This document shows positions 19,011-27,052 of a stretch of DNA of 64,000 nucleotides, in pieces. Source of the stretch: Alistipes sp. Lineage in GTDB: Bacteria; Bacteroidota; Bacteroidia; Bacteroidales; Rikenellaceae. How positions within the stretch are numbered: position 1 is the stretch's first letter; each line of letters opens with the position of its first letter. The stretch is taken from the NCBI GenBank assembly GCA_017646625.1, contig JAGCMF010000033.1, positions 5,237-69,236 on the forward strand, written 5' to 3'. The notes below the pieces were generated by a model, which worked only from the letters and a program-made list of their open reading frames with translations, searched no databases and was not told the DNA's origin. Both the position numbers and the translations under genes were made by a program.

Positions 19011-20448
19011 TGGTGGTGAGGTTGTCTCAACTGCTGGGGTGGTGCCCACGTTTGAGGAGTTTGCGGGGTGTGTATATCCTTTTTTGGAGTTTACGCCATT
19101 TCATAAGATGTACTATGCCATTCTTGAGGCCTATGCTGTGGGGCGAATATCGAAGCTCATTGTCTCGGTGCCGCCACAGCATGGCAAGAGTGTGGGAGCA
19201 ACGACGCTACTGCCAGCCTATATGCTTGGCATTGACCCAAATATGCGTATTGCCATAGCCTCTTATTCGGGTACGTTGGCCTCGAAGTTTAACCGTCGTG
19301 TGCAGCGAATAATCGAGTCGAGGGAGTATGCCGAGATATTTCCCGAGACGACGATTAAGTGTGGCACGAAGCCCGCGGGTTATATACGCACGTCGGATGA
19401 GGTGGAGATAGTGGGGTATAAGGGTGAACTTATAAGTGTGGGACGTGAGGGCTCGCTGACAGGAAACCGTGTTGACTGCTTCATCCTTGATGACCTCTAT
19501 AAGGATGCTATGGAGGCGCAGTCACCTGTTGTGCGCGATAACTGTTGGGAGTGGTATACATCGGTAGTAAGAACGCGTATGCACAACACGTCGCGCGAAC
19601 TCATTGTCTTCACGCGCTGGCATGAGGATGACCTCATAGGTGTTCTCTGCCGCACCGAGCCCTGTAGGGAGCTTCGTTCCATGGCAGATATTGATGCTGT
19701 GCGCCCCGATGAGTGGCTTGTGTTAAACTTCGAGGCGCTAAAGTCCTCTCCACCTACGGATATAGATCCGCGAGGTGTGGGCGAGGCGTTGTGGCCCGAG
19801 CAGCAGAGTGTCGAGTTGCTGGAGGCGAAGCGCCGTCTCGACCCTGTGCGCTTTGAGGCTATGTATCAGGGACATCCCTCCTCGCGTGAGGGCCTGCTCT
19901 ATGGCGATGGCTTTAGGGAGTATGCCATGTTGCCGCGCGACATTGTCACGAGGGCGTGTTATGTCGACACGGCAGATGTGGGCGATGACTACCTATGTGC
20001 TGTTGCCTATGCTGTCGATACCGATGGGGTGATATATGTCACCGACGTGGTGTACTCGCGTGATGCTATGGAGCATACCGAGCCTTTGGTTGCGGCGATG
20101 CTTGTCAAGGAGGATGTAAGGCGTGCATATGTCGAGAGTAATAATGGTGGTAGGGGCTTTGCTCGTGCTCTCCAGCGTCTTGCGCCACGCATACGCGTAG
20201 AGTGGTTCCATCAGAGTGGTAATAAGGAGGCGCGCATACTCTCCAACTCCGCCACCGTGCTCCATATGGTGCGTATGCCCGAGGGGTGGGCTGTGCGCTG
20301 GCCAGAGTTTTATATGCACCTTACCACCTATCGCCGCCTCTTCCGTGCTAACCGTCATGACGACGCTGCCGATGTGCTCACGGGTATTGTGGAGAGGGAG
20401 GTGCATGACGAGGATTCGGGACGTTGGCAGAAGGCGCGGTTTATATAG
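19000..20448 (+). CDS. terL: Phage terminase large subunit (Terminase_6-like)
   Basis: Walker A VPPQHGKS, Walker B CFILDDLYKD, FTRW coupling motif, nuclease acidic motifs VDTADVGDD and HDDAAD; alternative start 18985. Confidence 0.92.
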   Translation: MKSSGGEVVSTAGVVPTFEEFAGCVYPFLEFTPFHKMYYAILEAYAVGRISKLIVSVPPQHGKSVGATTLLPAYMLGIDPNMRIAIASYSGTLASKFNRRVQRIIESREYAEIFPETTIKCGTKPAGYIRTSDEVEIVGYKGELISVGREGSLTGNRVDCFILDDLYKDAMEAQSPVVRDNCWEWYTSVVRTRMHNTSRELIVFTRWHEDDLIGVLCRTEPCRELRSMADIDAVRPDEWLVLNFEALKSSPPTDIDPRGVGEALWPEQQSVELLEAKRRLDPVRFEAMYQGHPSSREGLLYGDGFREYAMLPRDIVTRACYVDTADVGDDYLCAVAYAVDTDGVIYVTDVVYSRDAMEHTEPLVAAMLVKEDVRRAYVESNNGGRGFARALQRLAPRIRVEWFHQSGNKEARILSNSATVLHMVRMPEGWAVRWPEFYMHLTTYRRLFRANRHDDAADVLTGIVEREVHDEDSGRWQKARFI

Positions 20449-20709
20449 TCGGCCATAGGAATATCGTCTTTTTGGTAGGGCCATGTTGTGGGTGATATGT
20501 TCAAAATTGGCTTATTATCCATGTTGTGGTATTGCTGGGTTGTATGGTTGTAGTTGGCCTAAATATATGACCCAATGGTAAATTTTGGCGTGGAGTATTT
20601 ATGTGTATATGGTGCTTGTATATAGTGTGTTATGTGGGGTGCGGGGTGTGGGTTGTGAGAAAAAGATTAAAAAAAAACTATGAAGGCATATCTAATTAGG
20701 TTTTTTTTG

Positions 20710-20717
20710 TATCTTTG
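20710..20717 (+). promoter_or_regulatory. -7 promoter element of the pot operon
   Basis: TATCTTTG after a T-run, about 130 nt upstream of potA. Confidence 0.55.
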
Positions 20718-20846
20718 CGTACAATATATATACGCAGGTATATAGTTTGTAGATTTTTTGTATGCTTGGTATGCGGTGCAGATGGCTCGTCTATACTACA
20801 ATTCTGGGCATATGGGGTTTATTAACTACTAATACTTTTTTGCTTA

Positions 20847-22235
20847 ATGGTGAACTCAAATTACATCATCGAGATTTCGAATATCACCAAGACTTTTCCT
20901 GATAAGGTGGTCCTCGACGATGTCAGTTTGTCTGTACGAAAGGGTGAATTCCTTACCATTCTCGGACCTTCGGGTTGCGGTAAGACTACGTTGTTGCGCC
21001 TATTGGCGGGCTTTAACTCGGCTACGAGTGGCGAGATAACAATCGGTGGTGAGCAGATGACAGGCGTGCCTCCCCACCTCCGTCCAGTAAATACGGTATT
21101 CCAGCGTTATGCCCTCTTTCCCAATTACAATGTTTACGATAACATCGCCTTTGGTCTAAAGCTTCAGAAGGTCGATAAGCGCGAGATAGAGCAGCGTGTT
21201 AAGCGTGCCCTCAAGATGGTGGGCATGACCGACTATGAGCATCGCGATGTGCAGTCACTCTCGGGTGGCCAGCAGCAGCGTGTGGCCATAGCGCGTGCCA
21301 TTGTCAACCGCCCACAGGTGTTGCTTCTGGATGAGCCTCTGGCGGCCCTCGACCTCAAGATGCGTAAGGATATGCAGATGGAGCTCAAGGAGATGCACCG
21401 TTCTTTGGGCATCACCTTCGTCTATGTGACACACGACCAGGAGGAGGCACTCACACTCTCGGATACTATTGTTGTGATGAACGAGGGTAAGATACAGCAG
21501 ATAGGCTCACCTACGGATATATACAACGAGCCATGTAACGCCTTTGTTGCCGACTTCATCGGTGAGAGTAACATCTTGAATGCTGTGATGGTCAAGGATC
21601 GCCTTGTGCGCTTCATGGATAAGGAGTTTGAGTGTATTGATGAGGGCTTTGGTGAGAATACACCTGTAGATGTTGTTGTGCGCCCCGAGGATGTATATAT
21701 CATCCGTAATGCCGAGGCTGCGATGTTCCACGGCAAGGTGCGTTCGTGCATCTTCAAGGGTGTGCATTATGAGATGTTTGTCGACACACCTGATGGCTAT
21801 GAGATACAGATTCAGGACTACAACGCCTTCGAGCCTGGCACGGAGGTGGGCATGATGATTAAGCCTGCCGACATACATGTCATGCGCAAGGAGCGCACGG
21901 AGAACCATGTTGAGGGTACGCTTGTTGATGCTACACATGTCGAGATTCTTGGCGAGACCTTCGAGTGCTCGGCTGTTGAGGGCATCGAGGCGGGCGAGAG
22001 TGTAGATGTAGCCTTTGACTTTGCGGCCGTGGAACTCACCGACGACCCAGATGATGGTGTGTCGTGGGGTACTATACGCTTCATCCTCTATAAGGGTGAC
22101 CGCTACCACCTCACCGTGCGTACTGACGAGGGTGAGAACATCTATGTCGACACGCACGATGTGTGGGAGGACCTCGACGAGGTGGGCATTAAGATCTCGC
22201 CATGTGCACTACGTGTGACAAAGCTACATAAGTAG
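20847..22235 (+). CDS. potA: Spermidine/putrescine ABC transporter ATPase
   Basis: [40 protein letters not shown]; extended TOBE C-terminus. Confidence 0.95.
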   Translation: MVNSNYIIEISNITKTFPDKVVLDDVSLSVRKGEFLTILGPSGCGKTTLLRLLAGFNSATSGEITIGGEQMTGVPPHLRPVNTVFQRYALFPNYNVYDNIAFGLKLQKVDKREIEQRVKRALKMVGMTDYEHRDVQSLSGGQQQRVAIARAIVNRPQVLLLDEPLAALDLKMRKDMQMELKEMHRSLGITFVYVTHDQEEALTLSDTIVVMNEGKIQQIGSPTDIYNEPCNAFVADFIGESNILNAVMVKDRLVRFMDKEFECIDEGFGENTPVDVVVRPEDVYIIRNAEAAMFHGKVRSCIFKGVHYEMFVDTPDGYEIQIQDYNAFEPGTEVGMMIKPADIHVMRKERTENHVEGTLVDATHVEILGETFECSAVEGIEAGESVDVAFDFAAVELTDDPDDGVSWGTIRFILYKGDRYHLTVRTDEGENIYVDTHDVWEDLDEVGIKISPCALRVTKLHK

Positions 22236-22303
22236 TCGTATAAAGCATATTATGTGAAACCTGTGGGGTTCATGCTAACCCTACCGTTGCACTTGAATAT
22301 TAA

Positions 22304-23101
22304 ATGAGAAACGTGATAAAATTCATCTCTCGTAGGCGTAGCTGGAGTCTGCCATATGTCCTGTTCATGGCGGTGTTCATCGTCGTGCCTCTTGTGCTTA
22401 TCATGCTCTACGCCTTCCAGGCCAAGGGTGGCGGCTTCTCGTTGGAGAACTTCGAGAGGTTCATTAACCAGCCCGAGGCGGCAAATACCTTCATCTACTC
22501 TATAGGCATAGCTCTGATCACAACGCTGATATGTCTTGTGTTGGGCTACCCCGCGGCCTATATCCTCTCGCGCCTTAAGCCTTCGAATGCGAGCCTTGTT
22601 GTCATGCTCTTCATCTTGCCGATGTGGATAAACGTGCTTGTGCGCACGCTGGCTACGGTGGCTCTCTTCGACTTCCTCACACTACCCTTGGGTGAGGGTG
22701 CGCTGATATTTGGTATGGTCTATAACTTCTTGCCATTCATGATATATCCCATCTATAATGTGCTTCAGAAGATGGACCACTCGCTTATCGAGGCTGCCGA
22801 GGACCTCGGCGCCACACCACGCCAGGTATTCACACGTGTGGTGTTGCCGCTATCTGTGCCGGGCATCGTTAGTGGCATCATGATGGTGTTTATGCCTACG
22901 ATATCTACCTTCGCCATCTCGGAGCTGCTGACGATGAACAACATCAAGCTCTTCGGTACAACCATCCAGGAGAACATCAACAACGGCATGTGGCACTATG
23001 GCGCTGCACTGTCGCTAATAATGCTTGTGATTATCGGTATAACATCTCTCTTCTCTGACAGCTCGTCGGAGGAGGGTGCTAATGAGGGAGGATTACTATA
23101 A
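22304..23101 (+). CDS. potB: Polyamine ABC permease
   Basis: LGYPAAY, LPFMIYPIY, EAAEDLGA EAA loop. Confidence 0.92.
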   Translation: MRNVIKFISRRRSWSLPYVLFMAVFIVVPLVLIMLYAFQAKGGGFSLENFERFINQPEAANTFIYSIGIALITTLICLVLGYPAAYILSRLKPSNASLVVMLFILPMWINVLVRTLATVALFDFLTLPLGEGALIFGMVYNFLPFMIYPIYNVLQKMDHSLIEAAEDLGATPRQVFTRVVLPLSVPGIVSGIMMVFMPTISTFAISELLTMNNIKLFGTTIQENINNGMWHYGAALSLIMLVIIGITSLFSDSSSEEGANEGGLL

Positions 23102-23937
23102 TGAAGAAGGTTTTCTCTACTACATACCTCATCGCCCTCTTGGTGATGCTCTATGCCCCTATCGTCATCATCGCCATCTTCTCGTTCACCGAGTCGAAGG
23201 TGCTGGGCAACTGGACAGGCTTCTCTACGGAGCTCTATGAGTCGTTGTTCTCGGGAGGTGTTAATAGCTCGCTTGTTGATGCCATCAAGAACACCTTTGT
23301 TATCGCCCTTGTTGCGGCTACGGCATCTACGGCCCTTGGCACCGTGGCGGCCATAGGTATCAACGACCTGCGCTACCGCAAGCGTCGTGTTGTTAACTTC
23401 GTGAACAATATACCTATCCTTAACCCAGATATCATCACGGGTATATCGTTGTTCCTGCTCTTCATCTCGTTAGGTGTGACACAGGGATATACTACGGTGA
23501 TACTCGCGCATATAACCTTCTGTACGCCCTATGTGGTGTTGAGTGTCATGCCGCGCCTCACGCAGATGAATCCTAACATCTACGAGGCGGCCCTTGACCT
23601 CGGTGCTACGCCACTGCAGGCCATACGTCGTGTTATCATCCCCGAGATTCGTCCAGGTATGATCTCGGGCTTCATCCTGGCCTTCACACTCTCTATCGAT
23701 GACTTTGCGGTGACAATCTTCACCAACGGTACTGACGGCCTGGAGACCCTTTCGACATATATCTATGCCGATGCACGTAAGGGTGGTCTCACGCCCGAGC
23801 TACGTGCCCTATCTACCATAATCCTCGTTGTGGTGCTCGTCTTGCTCATCGTGGTTAACTACCGAGCACGCCGCCAGGCACGCCGTGCCGAGGCACTACA
23901 TGATGAGGCTAACTTCAAAAAACAGGCACGCCGATGA
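23101..23937 (+). CDS. potC: Polyamine ABC permease
   Basis: LYAPIVIIAIFSF, PDIITGISL, EAALDLGA, FTLSIDDF. Confidence 0.92.
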   Translation: MKKVFSTTYLIALLVMLYAPIVIIAIFSFTESKVLGNWTGFSTELYESLFSGGVNSSLVDAIKNTFVIALVAATASTALGTVAAIGINDLRYRKRRVVNFVNNIPILNPDIITGISLFLLFISLGVTQGYTTVILAHITFCTPYVVLSVMPRLTQMNPNIYEAALDLGATPLQAIRRVIIPEIRPGMISGFILAFTLSIDDFAVTIFTNGTDGLETLSTYIYADARKGGLTPELRALSTIILVVVLVLLIVVNYRARRQARRAEALHDEANFKKQARR

Positions 23938-25361
23938 GACGTCTATTATATAATGTAGTGTGTGTCGTTGCTGTGCTATGTGCCGCAACGCTTATGTCAT
24001 GCTCTGCCAACGATGAGCGCATGGAGATCCTTAAGGTCTATAACTGGGGTGACTATATCGATGAGGACCTCATCACCGAGTTTGAGGAGTGGTATGAGGA
24101 GCAGACGGGTGAGAGTGTTGAGGTTATATACCAGACATTCGACATCAACGAGGTGATGCTCGCCAAGATTGAGAATGGCGAGGCCGACTTCGACGTTGTA
24201 TGCCCCTCGGAGTATATCATAGAACGTATGATGCGTAACGATATGCTTCTTCCCATCCTCACACCCGAGTTTGAGGCGGAGATAGATGCTGCGGGCATCA
24301 ACTACTTCGACTGCGTGTCGCCATATATCAAGGAGCAGTTCTCGCTGCTTGAGGCTCCCGCGGGCTGCGACCCTAACGACTACTCGGTAGGTTATATGTG
24401 GGGTACTACGGGTATCCTTTATAACGAGGCATATGTCACCGCCGAGGAGGCGTCGTCGTGGGACTTGATGTTCGACCAGCGCCTTCGTGATAAGATATTT
24501 GTCAAGGATGCCTTCCGTGATGTATACTCCCCTATGCTCATCTATGCCAAGACCCTCGAGGCGCGTGCTGCGGGTCTTATCGGCGAGGATGAGAATATAG
24601 GCATTGAGACTATCCGTGAGCTTATGTACGACTCGTCGGATGAGTCTATAGCACTTGTTGAGAGCTACCTTAAGCGCATGAAGGATCTCGTTGCGGGCTG
24701 GGAGGCCGACTTCGGTAAGGAGATGATGACGCAGGAGAAGGCGTGGATAAACCTTATGTGGAGTGGAGATGCTGTGTGGGCTATTGAGGAGGCCGCAGAG
24801 GTGGGTGTATCCCTTGGTTATACTGTGCCTGTGGAGGGTAGTGTTGTGTGGTTCGACGGATGGGTTATTCCCAAGTATGCACGTAACCTACGCGCTGCGC
24901 GCTACTTCATAGACTATATGTGTATGCCCGAGAATGCCATCCGTAATATGGATGCTACGGGATATGTGAGTGTTGTGGCTACACAGGAGGTCTTCGATGC
25001 ACTTGAGGACCTATGCTATGGTGATGTCGAGGTGTGCGACTTGAGTTACCTCTTTGTCGATAGCGATGGTATGCCCATCGAGGGCTCTGATAGTGTCCTT
25101 GTGGACCCTGTTCTCTATCCTGACCGTTCTGTTATCGACCGCTGTGGCGTCATGCACGACTCGGGTGATAGGACAGATAAGATGCTCGAGATGTGGTCGC
25201 GTGTTAAGGGCGATAACCTATCTACTGGTATGCTCGTGGGCATAATACTCTTCTTCTCGCTGCTCTTCGTGTGGGGTATATGGCGTAAGGTGGATGCCTA
25301 CCGTAGGCGTCAGAACCTCAAGAAGCGTCGTCGCCACCATGCAGACCGTAAGAGGGCATAA
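23934..25361 (+). CDS. potD: Polyamine ABC substrate-binding protein with C-terminal TM anchor
   Basis: LKVYNWGDYIDE, PSEYII, YMWGTTGILYN, WSGDA, EGSVVWFDGWVIPK. Confidence 0.92.
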   Translation: MRRLLYNVVCVVAVLCAATLMSCSANDERMEILKVYNWGDYIDEDLITEFEEWYEEQTGESVEVIYQTFDINEVMLAKIENGEADFDVVCPSEYIIERMMRNDMLLPILTPEFEAEIDAAGINYFDCVSPYIKEQFSLLEAPAGCDPNDYSVGYMWGTTGILYNEAYVTAEEASSWDLMFDQRLRDKIFVKDAFRDVYSPMLIYAKTLEARAAGLIGEDENIGIETIRELMYDSSDESIALVESYLKRMKDLVAGWEADFGKEMMTQEKAWINLMWSGDAVWAIEEAAEVGVSLGYTVPVEGSVVWFDGWVIPKYARNLRAARYFIDYMCMPENAIRNMDATGYVSVVATQEVFDALEDLCYGDVEVCDLSYLFVDSDGMPIEGSDSVLVDPVLYPDRSVIDRCGVMHDSGDRTDKMLEMWSRVKGDNLSTGMLVGIILFFSLLFVWGIWRKVDAYRRRQNLKKRRRHHADRKRA

Positions 25362-25402
25362 TAGTAATGCTTCATTATAACTAACCTAATAATATTATTG
25401 AG

Positions 25403-26251
25403 ATGACAAGAAAGGTATACCTTCTCCTTGCCGCTATGATGCTCGCCATAGGTGTCGAGGCATCATCGTTCACCGCTGATACTACAACACCTATGCCTGA
25501 AGTTGCTCCCTTGAGTGTGGAGGATGAAGATGAGGATGATGATGATTGGGAGTTCTGGTGGAGTGCAGGCTTCGACTTAACATCTAACTATATGTGGCGA
25601 GGCTTCGACCAGTCGTACCGTGGTGGTAACCGTAATATGTTTGACCCGTCGTTCCAGCCAGGTGTGACACTCGGCTTCGGTAAGTTCTACATAGAGCTCT
25701 GGGGTAACGCCTCGCTGTTAAGCGACTATAAGGAGTTTGACATGTTCCTCGGCTTCGAGCATGAGGATCTCCTCATCACCATCTATGATGTATTCTGTGG
25801 TGTCGGTGCCGACTTCAATAAGCCATTCTTTAGTGGCGAGAACCATAGTCTCACCGCTACTATCGACTACACCTTCTTTGACCGTCTGCGTCTGCACTGG
25901 GCAACAACATTCCTCCATCCTGATGACTTTGTTGTTAAGAATGGCAAGGAACGTCGTGCCTTCTCGTCATACTTCGAGGTGGCGTATACGCAGCCTGTGG
26001 GTGACTGTCTCGATATAGAGTTTGTTGCTGGTGCCTCGCCATGGACAGGTCCCTTCTGGTGTCCTACACGTGTTGGTGATGAGTACGACTGGGATAATCC
26101 CGCCCAGGGCTTCAATGTCACTAACCTCGGTGTTAAGTTTAGCAGTGAGTTCAGCCTCGGCAATCTCTCTTTCCCTGTGAGCCTCGGCTATACTTATAAC
26201 CCATTGTCGAACTACCACTACGCACTTTTAAGCGCTGGATTTGCATTTTAA
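25403..26251 (+). CDS. Putative outer-membrane beta-barrel (TorF-like porin)
   Basis: Signal peptide, SAGFDLTSNYMWRG first strand, alternating aromatic strands, terminal Phe. Confidence 0.65.
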   Translation: MTRKVYLLLAAMMLAIGVEASSFTADTTTPMPEVAPLSVEDEDEDDDDWEFWWSAGFDLTSNYMWRGFDQSYRGGNRNMFDPSFQPGVTLGFGKFYIELWGNASLLSDYKEFDMFLGFEHEDLLITIYDVFCGVGADFNKPFFSGENHSLTATIDYTFFDRLRLHWATTFLHPDDFVVKNGKERRAFSSYFEVAYTQPVGDCLDIEFVAGASPWTGPFWCPTRVGDEYDWDNPAQGFNVTNLGVKFSSEFSLGNLSFPVSLGYTYNPLSNYHYALLSAGFAF

Positions 26252-26367
26252 CACGGCCAATGGGGTATAAAAGTGATAAAATGCAAAAAAAATAAAAAAA
26301 AGCTGCTAAAAATTTTGCATCTTCCGATTTTTGCTATATCTTTGCACCTCGTAAACGGAAGATGATT

Positions 26368-26442
26368 CGGGATGTAGCGCAGTCCGGTTAGCGCACCTGC
26401 TTTGGGAGCAGGGGGTCCCAGGTTCGAATCCTGGTATCCCGA
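26368..26442 (+). tRNA. tRNA-Pro(TGG)
   Basis: Full cloverleaf CGGGATG...CCTGC TT TGG GA GCAGG...TTCGAAT...TATCCCG A; upstream TATCTTTG box. Confidence 0.97.
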
Positions 26443-26745
26443 CATTTAACAAGAGCAGACGACTTAAACAAGTCGTCTGTTTTTTTTGTGTCTGCTTTTG
26501 AGCAAGCTCCTCGCAGCCACACCAAAAACCTGGGGCCCGCCTATGGCAGTCCTGCTCTTGTCTTCGTGCTACCGCATTACTCACGATATGCAGGTTGAGC
26601 CGATGTGTTATTGTTTAATGCTCGGTCTACGCCCTGCGCTATTTTTCAAGGTATCGGCTCTACGACTGATGTCGTTCGAATCCTGGTATCCCGACAATCG
26701 ACAAGAGCAGACGACTTAATAAGTCGTCTGTTTTTTTTTGTGTCT
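26422..26745 (+). mobile_element. att-like duplication of the tRNA-Pro 3' end + terminator (26422-26493 and 26674-26745) enclosing a ~180-bp insert
   Basis: 72-nt direct repeats 252 nt apart, each GTTCGAATCCTGGTATCCCGACA...AGCAGACGAC-loop-AGTCGTCTG-T8/9. Confidence 0.75.
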
Positions 26746-26972
26746 CGTTGTCTCGTTGTCCCTTGTGCCCTTTTTCATTCTCGGGTGCCAAAGGGCATAA
26801 AACGTCATAAAAGGGCATAAAAGGTAATGTGTTGTCTTTGTGTCTCTGTGTCTCTGTATCTAACCTTTCTGCCCTTTCTGCCCCTTTCTGCCCTTTTTCA
26901 TTCTCGGGTACCAAAGGGCATAAAACGTCATAAAACGTCATAAAAGGTAATGCGTTGTCTCTGTCTCTCTGT
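26742..26972 (+). repeat. Modular ~70-bp repeat, two tandem copies (26768-26837, 26891-26960) with pyrimidine-rich linkers
   Basis: CCCTTTTTCATTCTCGGGTRCCAAAGGG(CATAAAA-NNN)x3-TAATGYGTTGTCT. Confidence 0.9.
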
Positions 26973-26992
26973 GCTACGATGATGGGGATGAC

Positions 26993-27033
26993 AAAAAAAA
27001 AGATGGAGGATGCCTCAAAAGGACATCCTCCAT
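26993..27033 (-). terminator. Terminator of the first DUF6562-like gene
   Basis: A8 then GATGGAGGATG-loop-CATCCTCCATC. Confidence 0.8.
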
Positions 27034-27052
27034 CTATTATATATAGGGAGTG

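Noticed and set aside
17865-20448. Intact prophage
   Set aside because: No integrase, portal, capsid, tail or lysis genes and no att repeats; housekeeping genes flank both sides directly.
20449-20700. G/T-skewed, C-poor stretch after terL as a pac/cos site or gene remnant
   Set aside because: No ORF, repeat or palindrome could be defined; base skew alone is not enough evidence.
26248-26584. ORFs overlapping tRNA-Pro
   Set aside because: Antisense translations of the tRNA, a well-known source of spurious ORFs.
26660-26941. 93-aa minus-strand ORF with an internal repeat (FYDVLCPL.PENEKG)
   Set aside because: It is the translation of the DNA repeat and the tRNA fragment; no independent coding signal.
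26742-26972. Repeat-spacer-repeat pattern as a CRISPR array
   Set aside because: Only two ~70-bp units, a low-complexity linker, dispersed copies elsewhere and no cas genes.
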